Origin: an uncultured SAR86 cluster bacterium
GTDB lineage: Bacteria; Pseudomonadota; Gammaproteobacteria; Magnimaribacterales; D2472
Assembly (NCBI GenBank): GCA_902520725.1
Contig: CABYPB010000002.1
Span: 8,666 to 72,665 of the forward strand
Length of the DNA stretch: 64,000 nucleotides
Direction: 5' to 3'
The notes below the pieces were generated by a model that was not told the DNA's origin, searched no databases, and worked only from the letters and a program-made list of their open reading frames with translations. This document shows, piece by piece, positions 18,909-30,309 of the stretch (position 1 is the first letter of the stretch; every line of letters begins with the position of its first letter). Both the position numbers and the translations under genes were made by a program.

Positions 18909-20003
18909 ATGAATCTTAATTACAGTGATGAGCAAGTAATGCTTCGTGAACAGATTCAAAAATTCTGTGAAACTGAATATGATTTTTATAAAAGAGAAGA
19001 TATTGTTAAATCAAATGATGACTTTGACTCAAATGTTTGGAATTTGTTCGCTGAGCAAGGTTGGTTATCAATGCCATTTTCTGAACAATCTGGTGGATTA
19101 GGATTTGGTCCTATTGAACTTTCTATATTATTTGAAGAATTTGGAAAAGCACTTGTAATTGAACCCTATCTTTCAACTGTCGTATTAGCTGGAAGTTTGT
19201 TAGATAATTCTACTTTCTCTTCAAAAAATGATCTTATTGAGCAAATTTGTTCTGGTGAACTGCATATCTCACTTGCGTATGCAGAAGCAGGCAAGGGCTA
19301 TGATTACTTAACACCAAATACAAGTATAGATAAAAAAGGACTTCTAAATGGTACTAAAACTCTAGTTTTAAACGGAGCAAACTCAGATAAATTAATTGTT
19401 GCTTGTAATAGAGATAATATATTTAACCTAATAATACTTGACACAAAAACGGATGGCGTTTCATTAAATTCATTCTCAACAGTTGATGGACAATCATGCT
19501 CTGAAATATCATTTGAAAATGTGCAATTAGATGAAACTAATATCATTGCTTATGGAGATGAAGCAATTAGTTTAATAAAAGATTCACTAAACCTTGCTAC
19601 ATTGTGTGTTAGCGCTGAAGCTGTCGGATGCATGGAGTCTTGTTATTTAAAAACACTTCAATATACAAAAGATAGAGAGCAATTTGGACAACCAATTTCA
19701 TCTTTTCAAGTTTTGCAACATAGAATGGTTGATATGTTTATCGAATCTGAACTAGCTAAGTCATTATTAATTAAGGCAATGCTTGAGGTAAATAACCGTT
19801 CGGATGATATGTATAAACACGTATCAGCATTGAAATCATATATTGGTACATCTGGTAAACTCTCAGCAAAAGAAGCTGTTCAACTGCATGGTGGAATGGG
19901 AGTCAGTGAAGAAATGATGATCGGTCATTATTTAAAAAAAATGATTTCCATTGATGCACTGTTTGGTAATGCTGATTATCATCTTAAACAATCAGGGAAA
20001 TAG
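18909..20003 (+). CDS. Acyl-CoA dehydrogenase, small subunit (PimD-like)
   Basis: REQFGQPISSFQVLQHR, QLHGGMG; adjacent to the large subunit as in heteromeric ACAD pairs. Confidence 0.88.
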   Translation: MNLNYSDEQVMLREQIQKFCETEYDFYKREDIVKSNDDFDSNVWNLFAEQGWLSMPFSEQSGGLGFGPIELSILFEEFGKALVIEPYLSTVVLAGSLLDNSTFSSKNDLIEQICSGELHISLAYAEAGKGYDYLTPNTSIDKKGLLNGTKTLVLNGANSDKLIVACNRDNIFNLIILDTKTDGVSLNSFSTVDGQSCSEISFENVQLDETNIIAYGDEAISLIKDSLNLATLCVSAEAVGCMESCYLKTLQYTKDREQFGQPISSFQVLQHRMVDMFIESELAKSLLIKAMLEVNNRSDDMYKHVSALKSYIGTSGKLSAKEAVQLHGGMGVSEEMMIGHYLKKMISIDALFGNADYHLKQSGK

Positions 20004-20040
20004 TTTATAGCTAAACCAATAAAACATTTATAATTAGTTT

Positions 20041-21543
20041 ATGAATAATAATAGGGACATAAACTTTCAATCAACAGAAAGACAAAAACGCATCTTACCT
20101 GAGGATTCCTTTGGTGACTGGAAATGGCGTGAAGCTCTAGCCGAATCAATGATACCTTTAATTGGAGCTTTATATAGGGATGGGGTGAATATTCTTATAT
20201 ATGGTAAATCTCTAGTTAATGAATCTCCTGTTTCAATAATGAAAGCCCATAGATTTGCAAGACAAACTGATAATAATGAATTATCAGAGTTGGAGACTTT
20301 TCCAATAATTAAATATATTAGTTCTCTTAATTTATGTGATTGTGAAATTGATGTTGGTGAAATAGCAGTTAAGTGTCCATTTTTTGATCAAATTAAATCT
20401 GATGATTCACAATTACCAGACTTTTTAAATAAACAATTAGTTTCTGTCATTGATAAAGATTCATCACGCCCTGACGAACCTACTAGTATTGTCTTATATG
20501 GTTTTGGCAGGATTGGAAGACTAGTTGCTAGAATGATGACACAAACAACAGGACCTGGTAATTATTTTAGATTAAAAGCTGTTGTAATAAGGAAGGCATC
20601 TAATGATGATATATACAAACGAGCAAGTTTATTACTAAGAGATTCGGTTCATGGTTCATTTGATGGTACTGTAAGAGTTGATGAAGAGAATTCAACACTT
20701 GTAATAAATGGAAATGCTGTAAAGATCATTTACGCTAATAGTCCCGATGATGTTAAATATTCTGATCATAATATTATTAACCCATTAGTTATAGATAATA
20801 CAGGTGTATGGAGAGATTATGATTCGCTATCAAAGCATATTAATTCAGGTGCATCGAACGTTATTTTAACGGCACCAGCTAAAGGTGATATAAAAAATAT
20901 AGTATATGGGATCAACGATAATATTGTTTCTGATGAAGATCAAATAGTATCTGCTGCATCATGTACAACAAATGCAATTGTTCCAGTTCTTAAAGCAATA
21001 AATGATAAATATTCAATAGAAGGTGGCCATATAGAGACAGTTCATGCATATACAAATGATCAAAATCTAATCGATAATTTTCATAAAGGCGATAGAAGAG
21101 GTAGAGGTGCTCCATTAAATATGGTTATAACAACTACTGGTGCGGTAAAAGCAGTTGCTAAAGCATTGCCAGAATTAGAAGGTAAGTTAACTGGTAATGC
21201 AATCAGAGTTCCAACGCCTAATGTCAGTCTAGCAATTTTATCATTAACACTTGATACTGATGTAACAGTTGATGAGGTTAATTCGTATCTGCAGTCAGTT
21301 GCATTTCATTCAAAATATAGAGAAATAATTGGGTATGTAAATTCACCTGAAGTAGTATCTACAGATTTTTACTCAAGTCCTTTTGCTTCAATTATTGATT
21401 CTCAAGCAACAATCGCAAGTGGAAAAAGAATAACATTATATTGTTGGTACGATAATGAGTATGGTTATACGAAACAAGTTATTAATTTATCTAAAAAAAT
21501 TGGCAATATTAATCTACCAAGATTACCGCTGCCAATTGATTAA
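20041..21543 (+). CDS. gap: Glyceraldehyde-3-phosphate dehydrogenase, long form with N-terminal extension
   Basis: GFGRIGR, SAASCTTNA, RVPTPNVS, WYDNEYGY; ~145 aa N-terminal extension. Confidence 0.95.
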   Translation: MNNNRDINFQSTERQKRILPEDSFGDWKWREALAESMIPLIGALYRDGVNILIYGKSLVNESPVSIMKAHRFARQTDNNELSELETFPIIKYISSLNLCDCEIDVGEIAVKCPFFDQIKSDDSQLPDFLNKQLVSVIDKDSSRPDEPTSIVLYGFGRIGRLVARMMTQTTGPGNYFRLKAVVIRKASNDDIYKRASLLLRDSVHGSFDGTVRVDEENSTLVINGNAVKIIYANSPDDVKYSDHNIINPLVIDNTGVWRDYDSLSKHINSGASNVILTAPAKGDIKNIVYGINDNIVSDEDQIVSAASCTTNAIVPVLKAINDKYSIEGGHIETVHAYTNDQNLIDNFHKGDRRGRGAPLNMVITTTGAVKAVAKALPELEGKLTGNAIRVPTPNVSLAILSLTLDTDVTVDEVNSYLQSVAFHSKYREIIGYVNSPEVVSTDFYSSPFASIIDSQATIASGKRITLYCWYDNEYGYTKQVINLSKKIGNINLPRLPLPID

Positions 21544-21628
21544 AAGTATAGAATCAAAAGCACTTTAGTTTTATAATTCAACTGTTTTTAGTAGTTTAAT
21601 TATTAACTTTACAAAGGCACACAAAATA

Positions 21629-22945
21629 GTGATTAAAATATCAAAAGGTCTTGATTTACCTATATCTGGTAATCCTTCCACTTACATAACGGATAAGCCG
21701 AAGAATACCTCTGTAGCTCTTTTAGGAAGTGATTTTGTTGGTATGAAACCAACTATGCTTGTTAAAGTAGGAGACCAAGTTAAGGCTGGACAAAAACTTT
21801 TTGAAGATAAAAAAAATATAGGTGTTTTTTATACATCCCCAGCAGGAGGAGAAGTAAAAGCAATTAACAGAGGTGAAAAAAGAAAATTTCTTTCGATAGA
21901 GATAGATATTTCAAGTAAAGAGGAATTTGAAGACTTCCAGATAATAAATGATTCTGAGCATACGAAAGAGCTATTAATAACATCTGGCTTATGGAACGCT
22001 TTTAGAACTCGACCTTTTAATAGAACTCCTTCAGTTCATGATAAGCCAAATGCATTGTTTATTAACTGTTGTGATACAAACCCTTTAAGCGTTGACCCAA
22101 TACATATCATCAATAACGATAAAGATCTTTTTGATTTAGGTCTCGAACTTATTTCAAAATTATTTGATTGTGAAATACACCTTTGTTACCAAAATATTGA
22201 TTTTGATACATCTAACAAAAATATTAATTACCATTGTTTTATAGGACCTCATCCTGCTGGTTTAAGCAGCACACATATTTCTAAAATACATCCTGTAAAT
22301 TCTTCTAATTCTGCATGGACTATTAATTTTCAAGATGTAATTTCTATGGGCTATTTAAAATCAAATAATAAAATAAGACCAAATAAACTAATCAGTATAG
22401 GTGGGCCTGGAGTTTATGAACCATCCTTACTTGAAGTCCGAATAGGAGGAAACATTGATGAAATCACTGCAGGCAAAGTTCAACCAAATTCAAGAATTGT
22501 TTCCGGCTCTATTATTTATGGACACACCTCTGAAGGAGTAATGAATTATATTGGATATTACGACTCTCAGATATCTATCTTGCCAGATGAAGTAAATGAA
22601 ATATTTATGAATTGGTTAATGCCTGGATTCAATCTTCATTCAAAGTTAAATGTTTTTATTTCATCATTTATTAAACCAAAGGAATTCAAATTTAATACAT
22701 CAATAGGCGGTGGTGAAAGGGCAATTGTTCCTGTAAGTTCATACGAAGAAGTAGTACCAATGGATATCTTGGTAACACAGTTATTAAAAGCACTGGTAGT
22801 AGGTGATATTGAAATGGCAGTTGATCTTGGGATGCTAGAATTAGTTCCAGAAGATTTAGCATTATGCTCATACGTATGTCCAAGCAAATACGATTATTCA
22901 TCGATACTAATGGATAATCTTAATAAGTTATATTTAGAATCATGA
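21629..22945 (+). CDS. nqrA: Na(+)-translocating NADH:quinone reductase subunit A
   Basis: IKISKGLDLPI, RTRPF, DTNPL, GPHPAG, EDLALCSYVCPSK. Confidence 0.96.
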   Translation: MIKISKGLDLPISGNPSTYITDKPKNTSVALLGSDFVGMKPTMLVKVGDQVKAGQKLFEDKKNIGVFYTSPAGGEVKAINRGEKRKFLSIEIDISSKEEFEDFQIINDSEHTKELLITSGLWNAFRTRPFNRTPSVHDKPNALFINCCDTNPLSVDPIHIINNDKDLFDLGLELISKLFDCEIHLCYQNIDFDTSNKNINYHCFIGPHPAGLSSTHISKIHPVNSSNSAWTINFQDVISMGYLKSNNKIRPNKLISIGGPGVYEPSLLEVRIGGNIDEITAGKVQPNSRIVSGSIIYGHTSEGVMNYIGYYDSQISILPDEVNEIFMNWLMPGFNLHSKLNVFISSFIKPKEFKFNTSIGGGERAIVPVSSYEEVVPMDILVTQLLKALVVGDIEMAVDLGMLELVPEDLALCSYVCPSKYDYSSILMDNLNKLYLES

Positions 22946-24171
22946 AGATATTAAGGAATTATCTTAATAATGTGAAACCAAGTTTTGTAGGAGATGGTAG
23001 GTATAGTAAATGGTTCCCTCTATTTGATGCTGTAGAAAATCTATTTTTCTCTTATTCTAAAAAAACTAAAAATCCTATACATGTGAGAGATGCAATAGAC
23101 ATCCAAAAAGTCATGGTAACGGTATGGCTTGCAACTTTTCCTGCAATGTTCTTTGGAATGTATAACGTTGGTGCTAACTCTCTCGAATATTTAGATTCTA
23201 TTAATCAACAGAATACAGGTGATTGGCACCACTACTTAATCAGCATTGTTGGATATGATTCAAATAGCTTTTTTAGCAAATTATGGTTTGGTGCCTGTTA
23301 CTTCCTACCTATTTATTTTGTTGTTTTTACAGTTGGAATAGCATGGGAGGCATTATTTGCAATAGTACGAAAACACGAGATAAATGAAGGAGCATTTGTT
23401 TCAACTGTTCTATTTTCTTTGAGTTGTCCCCCAGATTTACCATTATGGCAAGCTGCAATGGGTATATCATTTGGCCTAGTTATTGGTAAAGAAATCTTTG
23501 GAGGAACTGGTAAAAACTTTCTTAACCCTGCATTAACAGGTAGAGCATTTTTATATTTTGCCTATCCAGCACAAATATCAGGAGATAAGGTATGGGTAGC
23601 AGGAATATCTGATTACAACATAATTCCAGAAGGTTATAGTGGTGCCACAGCACTTGGCGTTGCAGCTGAAAGTGGTATGTCTGGCATTACTGATTCATAC
23701 TCGTGGATGGATGCCTTTTTAGGTAATATTCCAGGATCAGTTGGCGAAACCTCAATAATAGCAATCCTTATAGGTTTAATAATACTTTTGGTTACAAAAG
23801 TAGCCTCTTGGAGAATAGTTGCTGGAACAATGGCTGGTATGATACTGATGTCATCAATATTGAATATAGCTGGCTCAGATACTAATCCAATGTTTGCTAT
23901 TCCATGGTATTGGCATGCGGTAATCGGTAGTTTTGCATTTGGTTTAGTATTTATGGCTACAGAACCTGTTTCCGGTTCTGGAACAAATACTGGTAGATAT
24001 ATATATGGTTTTGTAATTGGTATAACTGTAATCTTAATTCGCGTAATTAATCCTGCATTTCCAGAAGGGATGATGCTTGCAATTTTATTTGCTAATCTAT
24101 TAGCACCTGTTATTGATCACATGGTTGTAATGTCAAATATTAAAAAACGTAAGGCTATTTATAATGAATGA
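22942..24171 (+). CDS. nqrB: NQR subunit B
   Basis: HVRDAID, KEIFGGTGKNFLNPAL, SGAT FMN-attachment site, GSVGETS. Confidence 0.97.
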   Translation: MKILRNYLNNVKPSFVGDGRYSKWFPLFDAVENLFFSYSKKTKNPIHVRDAIDIQKVMVTVWLATFPAMFFGMYNVGANSLEYLDSINQQNTGDWHHYLISIVGYDSNSFFSKLWFGACYFLPIYFVVFTVGIAWEALFAIVRKHEINEGAFVSTVLFSLSCPPDLPLWQAAMGISFGLVIGKEIFGGTGKNFLNPALTGRAFLYFAYPAQISGDKVWVAGISDYNIIPEGYSGATALGVAAESGMSGITDSYSWMDAFLGNIPGSVGETSIIAILIGLIILLVTKVASWRIVAGTMAGMILMSSILNIAGSDTNPMFAIPWYWHAVIGSFAFGLVFMATEPVSGSGTNTGRYIYGFVIGITVILIRVINPAFPEGMMLAILFANLLAPVIDHMVVMSNIKKRKAIYNE

Positions 24172-24937
24172 TTCGATTATTAAAACAATAGGCGTTGCAT
24201 TTGCTATTTGTTTAGTGTGCTCTCTAATTGTATCGTCGGCAGCTGTTAGCTTACGAGATCTACAAAAAGAAAATAAACTTAATGATAGACGAATAAAGAT
24301 TTTAAAAGTTGCTGATATTTATAAATCTGAACAACCAATTGCAGAACAGTTCAAACAGTTAGAGTCAAAATTCATTGATTTTAATACTGGTAAAGTTTTT
24401 GATGAATATCAAAATCTAAATATCGATGAATATGATCAGATAGCTGTAACTAAAGATCCAAACTTATCAATAAAAATTGATGCGTCTGAAGACATAGCTA
24501 TTATTAAAAATAGAGAAAATATTGGAAAAATTTACCTTTTGAGAGATAACAAAAAAAATATTGATAAGATAATTCTTCCAATACGTGGTTACGGTCTTTG
24601 GGGAACATTATATGGATATATCTCACTTGAAGAAGACTTCAATACTGTCTCTGGTATAGAGTTTTATGAACATAAAGAAACACCAGGCTTAGGAGCAGAA
24701 GTAGATAATCCTAAATGGAAATCGTCCTGGAAGGGTAAAAAAATCTATCAAAACGATCAAGTTGCTTTAAAAGTTATTAAAGGAAAGGTTGAGATGGATG
24801 ATAATCAAGCATCATACAAAATTGATGGCTTGTCTGGAGCAACAATTACTAGCAGAGGTGTATCTAATATGGTTGAGTATTGGTTTGGTGAATCTGGGTA
24901 TTCTATGTTGCTAAAGGAGCTAGATTATGAATCTTAA
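24164..24937 (+). CDS. nqrC: NQR subunit C
   Basis: [25 protein letters not shown]-attachment site. Confidence 0.96.
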   Translation: MNDSIIKTIGVAFAICLVCSLIVSSAAVSLRDLQKENKLNDRRIKILKVADIYKSEQPIAEQFKQLESKFIDFNTGKVFDEYQNLNIDEYDQIAVTKDPNLSIKIDASEDIAIIKNRENIGKIYLLRDNKKNIDKIILPIRGYGLWGTLYGYISLEEDFNTVSGIEFYEHKETPGLGAEVDNPKWKSSWKGKKIYQNDQVALKVIKGKVEMDDNQASYKIDGLSGATITSRGVSNMVEYWFGESGYSMLLKELDYES

Positions 24938-25613
24938 GGCTTATAAAGACGTAATCACGAGACCACTTTTAGATGAAAATCCAATTACACTACAAATTTT
25001 GGGAATATGCTCTGCACTTGCTGTAACAAATAATTTAACAGTGACAATGGTTATGTGCGTTGCTGTAATTAGCGTAATTTCTTTTTCTAATCTTTTTATT
25101 TCTCTTATAAGAAACTATATTCCATCAAGTATTAGAATAATTGTTCAAATGACAATTATCGCATCACTTGTAATAGTAGTAGATGAATTATTAAAAGCTT
25201 ATGATTATGAAACTAGTAAAAAATTATCAGTATTCGTTGGATTAATTATTACTAATTGTATTGTAATGGGTAGAGCAGAAGCGTTTGCAATGAAAGAAAA
25301 ACCCCTTTTAAGCTTCCTAGATGGTTTGGGAAATGGACTCGGATACAGCTTAATTTTAATAGGTGTTGCAACAATCAGAGAACTTTTTGGTGCAGGTACA
25401 TTATTTGGATATGAAATTTTACCTTTAGTTTCAAATGGTGGATGGTATATGGGTAATAACTTGCTTCTGTTACCACCCAGCTCCTTTATTATTATCGGTT
25501 TATTTATTTGGTTCATAAGATCTATAAAGCCTAGTCAAATTGAAATTGATGATTTTGAATTATCAGATCATTCAACTTCACCTGATTTATCAAAAAGAGA
25601 ACTCAATGTTTGA
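24927..25613 (+). CDS. nqrD: NQR subunit D
   Basis: [27 protein letters not shown]. Confidence 0.97.
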   Translation: MNLKAYKDVITRPLLDENPITLQILGICSALAVTNNLTVTMVMCVAVISVISFSNLFISLIRNYIPSSIRIIVQMTIIASLVIVVDELLKAYDYETSKKLSVFVGLIITNCIVMGRAEAFAMKEKPLLSFLDGLGNGLGYSLILIGVATIRELFGAGTLFGYEILPLVSNGGWYMGNNLLLLPPSSFIIIGLFIWFIRSIKPSQIEIDDFELSDHSTSPDLSKRELNV

Positions 25614-26217
25614 ACATTATTTAAATATTTTTATAACTACTGTGTTTATTGAAAATATAGCACTTTCCTTATTTCTTGGAATGTGTACATTTATAGCTAT
25701 ATCAAAGAAAATTGATGCAGCTTTTGGTTTAGGCATTGCAGTGATTGTTGTGTGTTTAATAACAGTACCTTTAAATAATTTAATTTATAACTATATATTA
25801 AGAGAAGACGCTCTTGTATGGCTTGGTATTGAAGGCACAAATTTAGAATTTGTAGAATTAATTAGTTACATCGGCGTAATAGCAGCAAGTGTCCAAATAT
25901 TAGAAATGTTTCTAGATAAATATGTACCAGCTCTATACAACGCTCTTGGACAATTTTTACCTTTAATAACTGTGAATTGTGCAATTTTAGGAGCTTCGCT
26001 TTTTATGGTAGAAAAAGATCTTCTTTTTGTTGAAAGTATTGTTTATGGATTTGGAGCAGGATTTGGATGGGCATTTGCAATAGTTGTTCTTGCAGGTATT
26101 AGAGAAAAATTAAAATATTCTGATATACCTGAAGGACTTAAAGGACTAGGCATGACTTTTATAATTGTAGGTTTAATGAGCTTTGGATTTATGTCGTTTG
26201 GAGGAATATCACTTTAG
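25606..26217 (+). CDS. nqrE: NQR subunit E
   Basis: MFEHY start, [17 protein letters not shown]; start moved from the ORF-track position. Confidence 0.96.
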   Translation: MFEHYLNIFITTVFIENIALSLFLGMCTFIAISKKIDAAFGLGIAVIVVCLITVPLNNLIYNYILREDALVWLGIEGTNLEFVELISYIGVIAASVQILEMFLDKYVPALYNALGQFLPLITVNCAILGASLFMVEKDLLFVESIVYGFGAGFGWAFAIVVLAGIREKLKYSDIPEGLKGLGMTFIIVGLMSFGFMSFGGISL

Positions 26218-26218
26218 T

Positions 26219-27445
26219 ATGAGTATCGATTTAATATTAGGAGTTGCATCTTTTAGCGGCATTATATTACTTCTTGTTATGGTAATAATATTAGCTAGAT
26301 CAAAATTGGTTTCAACAGGAAATGTTTCAATTGAAATTAATGGTGATTCTTCAAACCCCATTGTAGTTCCAGCTGGCTCTAAACTATTACAGACTTTAGC
26401 AGATAATAATATTTTCTTAGCTTCAGCATGTGGCGGTGGGGGAACATGTAGCCAATGTAAGTGTCAGGTTCTAGATGGTGGCGGCTCTATTTTAGCTGCA
26501 GAAGAATCTCATTTTAATTCATCTGAACAAAAAGAAGGTTGGAGATTATCATGCCAAGTTCCTGTTAAAAATGATTTAAAAATAAATGTGCCAGAGGATG
26601 TTTTTGGAGTGAAAGAATGGGAATGTGAAGTCATCTCAAATGATAATGTAGCTACATTCATTAAGGAATTAATTTTGAAATTACCTGAGGGTGAAAATGT
26701 TGATTTTAGAGCAGGTGGTTATGTTCAATTAGAAGCTCCAGCATATGAATTAGATTATAAAGAATTTGATATTGATGATGAGTATCATGAAGACTGGGAT
26801 AGATTTAAAATATGGGAAAATAAATCTGCTACAAGTGAGCCAGTAATCAGAGCATATTCTATGGCAAATTATCCAGAAGAAAAGGGCGTAATAAAATTTA
26901 ACATAAGAATTGCATCTCCTCCTCCAGGACAAGATGTACCACCTGGTTTAATGTCATCATGGACTTTTGGTTTAAAGCCTGGAGATAAAGTAAAGGTATT
27001 TGGTCCATTTGGTGAGTTCTTCGCAAAAGAAACTGACTCAGAGATGGTATTTGTTGGTGGTGGTGCAGGAATGGCTCCTATGAGATCTCATATATTTGAT
27101 CAACTTTTAAGAATTAATACTAATCGTAAAATAACATTTTGGTATGGTGCAAGAAGTTTAAAAGAAATGTTTTATGTTGATGAGTTTAATGAATTAGCCG
27201 AAAAATATGATAATTTTGAATGGCATGTAGCATTATCTGATCCTTTACCCGAAGATGATTGGGATGGAGAAACTGGATTCATACATAATGTTTTATATGA
27301 AAATTACTTAAAACATCATGATGCACCTGAAGATTGCGAATTCTATATGTGTGGTCCTCCTATGATGAATAAGGCTGTTATTGATCTTCTAATCAATCTA
27401 GGTGTTGAACCAGAAAATATAGCTTTAGATGATTTTGGTGGATAA
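26219..27445 (+). CDS. nqrF: NQR subunit F
   Basis: [12 protein letters not shown] 2Fe-2S motif, [32 protein letters not shown] end. Confidence 0.97.
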   Translation: MSIDLILGVASFSGIILLLVMVIILARSKLVSTGNVSIEINGDSSNPIVVPAGSKLLQTLADNNIFLASACGGGGTCSQCKCQVLDGGGSILAAEESHFNSSEQKEGWRLSCQVPVKNDLKINVPEDVFGVKEWECEVISNDNVATFIKELILKLPEGENVDFRAGGYVQLEAPAYELDYKEFDIDDEYHEDWDRFKIWENKSATSEPVIRAYSMANYPEEKGVIKFNIRIASPPPGQDVPPGLMSSWTFGLKPGDKVKVFGPFGEFFAKETDSEMVFVGGGAGMAPMRSHIFDQLLRINTNRKITFWYGARSLKEMFYVDEFNELAEKYDNFEWHVALSDPLPEDDWDGETGFIHNVLYENYLKHHDAPEDCEFYMCGPPMMNKAVIDLLINLGVEPENIALDDFGG

Positions 27446-27457
27446 TATAATCTAATT

Positions 27458-28444
27458 GTGAATCGACAATTTATCTCAAAATTACTTGCCTTATTGGCTG
27501 GCATAGCTTTAATTTTTGTTGCTTATAATCATAATCAAAATTCAATTTATATTATTAACGGCAACGCTTATGGAACAACATGGTCAGTAAAATCTTCTGA
27601 GTATATTGGTGATCAACATAAAGAAAATATCATAAATATAATAAATAGAATTGACTATGTGGCATCAAATTATAAGGAAAATTCAGAAATATCTTTAATA
27701 AATCAAAATACTAATAATTTTCATTTTGTTTCAGATGATTTGTTTAATATATTATCAATAGCGAAAGAGGTTGAGATACAATCGCTGGGTTTCTATAATA
27801 TTCTATTAGGTAAGATTTCAAGCAATTTAGGTTTTTCACCTACTTTTGGTAAAGAGTTAGTACATAAAAAAAATTCATCCTTTAAACTCAATGAAAAAAA
27901 TCAGTCAATAGAGAAGCTTTCCTCTAATTGGTTTGATTTATCTTCAATTGCAAAAGGTTATGCAGTTCAAGAAATACACAATTATCTTGTGAAAGAAAAA
28001 TTAGTTAACCATCTTATTGATATTGGTGGTGAGATTATTGCAAATGGAAATAATGCAGGTAAATCTTGGAAAATAGGAATTCAAAATCCATTTTCTATAT
28101 CAGATAATGCATCAATCATTGTAGATAATAAATTTAAATTCCTAGCAATTGCATCCTCGGGTGAATACAGAAACTATAAATCTGATAAATATGGAAATAA
28201 ATTGACACATACGATTAATCCAAAAACATTAAAATCTATAGATAATGAAATACTTTCTGTGTCTGTTATAAGTAAAACATCTGCAACATACGCCGACGCA
28301 TATTCAACAGCATTTAATGCAATGGGATCAGAATTAGCTCTAAAAATTGCAAACAAAGAAGATATAGCATTAATGCTTATGATTAATGCTAATGATAATG
28401 TTGAAATTCTTTATTCTAATAAATGGTATGATGAGATCTTATGA
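27458..28444 (+). CDS. apbE: FAD:protein FMN transferase ApbE
   Basis: GTTW, DLSSIAKGYAV, DIGGE, SSGEYRNY, HTINP, ADAYSTA; follows nqrF. Confidence 0.93.
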   Translation: MNRQFISKLLALLAGIALIFVAYNHNQNSIYIINGNAYGTTWSVKSSEYIGDQHKENIINIINRIDYVASNYKENSEISLINQNTNNFHFVSDDLFNILSIAKEVEIQSLGFYNILLGKISSNLGFSPTFGKELVHKKNSSFKLNEKNQSIEKLSSNWFDLSSIAKGYAVQEIHNYLVKEKLVNHLIDIGGEIIANGNNAGKSWKIGIQNPFSISDNASIIVDNKFKFLAIASSGEYRNYKSDKYGNKLTHTINPKTLKSIDNEILSVSVISKTSATYADAYSTAFNAMGSELALKIANKEDIALMLMINANDNVEILYSNKWYDEIL

Positions 28445-28617
28445 GTGAAATATTTATAGCATTTCTGATAGTGACTGTATCATTTGTAGGACTATCTTTA
28501 GGTCTTATATTAAGATCGCAGCCAATCAAAGGATCATGTGGTGGTATGGCTAATTTAGAAGAAGGTGCAGAATGCCAATTTTGCGGACGAACTGATCCTG
28601 AATCTTGTAATAATTAG
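28441..28617 (+). CDS. nqrM: Na(+)-NQR maturation factor NqrM (58 aa)
   Basis: Manual translation MSEIFIAFLIVTVSFVGLSLGLILRSQPIKGSCGGMANLEEGAECQFCGRTDPESCNN*: TM helix plus IKGSCGG...CxxC...C. Not in the ORF track. Confidence 0.92.
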   Translation: MSEIFIAFLIVTVSFVGLSLGLILRSQPIKGSCGGMANLEEGAECQFCGRTDPESCNN

Positions 28618-30194
28618 AACTGGTTCATTGTATTATCTTCACCAGCAGCTTTAAGAGCAGCATCACCGGCAAAATATTCTTTATGATCATCTCCCATATC
28701 AGACCCAGACATATTTTGATGTTTTACACATGCAATGCCTTCACGAATCTCTTTTCTTTGCACATTGGCAACATAACCAAGCATTCCTTCTGATCCAAAA
28801 TATTCTTTAGCCAGATTATCAGTTGATAGGGCAGCAGTATGATATGTAGGTAGTGTAATTAGGTGGTGAAAAATACCTGCTTCTCTAGATGCTTCTGACT
28901 GGAATGATCTTATTTTATCATCTGCCTTTATTGCCAACTCTGAATCATCATACTTAACATCCATAAGATTATCTCTTTCATAATTTGATGTATCTTCACC
29001 TGATTCAACCATTTGATCAAAGATTTGTTGTCTAAAATTTAATGTCCAATTAAAAGAAGGGCTATTGTTATAAACGAGTTTAGCGTTTGGAATAGTCTTT
29101 CTAATTTCCTTCATCATTCCAGCAATCTGACCAATATGCGGCTTTTCAGTTTCTATCCATATTAGATCTGCTCCATTTTGAAGACTTGTTATTGAGTCTA
29201 GTATACATCTAGCTTCTCCTGTTCCTTTCTTAAATTGATATAGGTTAGAAGGCAGTCTTTTAGGTCTTACTATTTTACCTTTTCTATTAATCATGACATC
29301 GCCATGTTTCATGTTATCATCATTTAATTCATCCACATCTAGAAATGAATTGTATTGATCTCCTAAATCACCTTCTTCATTTGTAATTGCGAGCCTGGCT
29401 GTTAATCCTGCACCAAGAGAGTCTGTTCTAGCAACTATGATTCCATTATCAACACCTAGTTCTAAAAATGCATACCTAACTGCATTTATTTTTGCAAGAA
29501 ATTCTGCGTGAGGAACAGTAACCTTACCATCTTGATGACCACATTGTTTTTCATCTGAAACTTGATTTTCAATTTGAATCGCACAGGCGCCTGCTTCAAT
29601 CATCTGTTTTGCCATAAGATAAGTTGCTTCTTCATTACCAAATCCAGCATCAATATCCGCAATTATCGGAACAATATGTGTCTCAAAATTATCTATTTTT
29701 TCTTGTACTGAAGGTTTGTCTTCATCATTGGCATTATCTAATTCTCTAAATAATCCTCCCAATTCACGAGCATCTGCTTGTTTCAAAAATGTATATAACT
29801 CATTAATTAAGCTTGCGACAGATGTTTTCTCATGCATTGATTGATCTGGTAGAGGACCAAAATCAGACCTTAATGCTGCAATCATCCAACCTGATAGATA
29901 AAGATATTTCTTTTTATTAGTTCCAAAATGTTTTTTAATTGATATCAATTTTTGTTGGCCAATAAATCCATGCCAACAACCCAGAGACTGTGTATACATA
30001 CTAGTATCATTATCATAATCATCCATATCTTTACGCATAATATTTGCTGTATATTTCGCTATATCAATACCTGTTTTAAATTCATTTTGTAAACGCATTC
30101 GTGCTACGTATTCAGGATTAATTGATCTCCAGTTACATGACTCTATACCGTCAATAGCACTAGATGATTTAATTGTATCGTTAAGTTTAGACAT
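28614..30194 (-). CDS. aceA: Isocitrate lyase (long Pseudomonas-type)
   Basis: YLSGWM, DQSMH, ADIDAGFG, ENQVSDEKQCGHQ, NNSPSFNW. Confidence 0.96.
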   Translation of the reverse strand: MSKLNDTIKSSSAIDGIESCNWRSINPEYVARMRLQNEFKTGIDIAKYTANIMRKDMDDYDNDTSMYTQSLGCWHGFIGQQKLISIKKHFGTNKKKYLYLSGWMIAALRSDFGPLPDQSMHEKTSVASLINELYTFLKQADARELGGLFRELDNANDEDKPSVQEKIDNFETHIVPIIADIDAGFGNEEATYLMAKQMIEAGACAIQIENQVSDEKQCGHQDGKVTVPHAEFLAKINAVRYAFLELGVDNGIIVARTDSLGAGLTARLAITNEEGDLGDQYNSFLDVDELNDDNMKHGDVMINRKGKIVRPKRLPSNLYQFKKGTGEARCILDSITSLQNGADLIWIETEKPHIGQIAGMMKEIRKTIPNAKLVYNNSPSFNWTLNFRQQIFDQMVESGEDTSNYERDNLMDVKYDDSELAIKADDKIRSFQSEASREAGIFHHLITLPTYHTAALSTDNLAKEYFGSEGMLGYVANVQRKEIREGIACVKHQNMSGSDMGDDHKEYFAGDAALKAAGEDNTMNQF

Positions 30195-30226
30195 AAATTT
30201 CCCCTATTAATGTAGTGAAGTAAATA

Positions 30227-30251
30227 ATAATTGACTAGGTATGTCAATAAT
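30227..30251. promoter_or_regulatory. Inverted repeat upstream of aceA (resembles an IscR type-1/Rrf2 operator)
   Basis: ATAATTGACTAGGTATGTCAATAAT contains ATTGAC-N7-GTCAAT and a TTGACA on the aceA strand. Confidence 0.45.
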
Positions 30252-30282
30252 TGAATTATTGTTGATTTTAAAGGTTTTTATG

Positions 30283-30297
30283 TGTAGTTATACTACA
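30283..30297. promoter_or_regulatory. Palindromic operator upstream of aceA (HexR/RccR-like)
   Basis: Perfect TGTAGT-TAT-ACTACA; a related half-site ATGTAGTG lies at 30210-30217. Confidence 0.6.
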
Positions 30298-30309
30298 AAA
30301 AAAATAAAA

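Noticed and set aside
25540-26218. N-terminal extensions on NqrE and NqrF
   Set aside because: Upstream alternative starts; the canonical starts are 25606 and 26219.
30276-30303. TGTAGT/ACTACA hairpin as a purB terminator
   Set aside because: No U-tract follows the stem on either strand, so an operator is more plausible.
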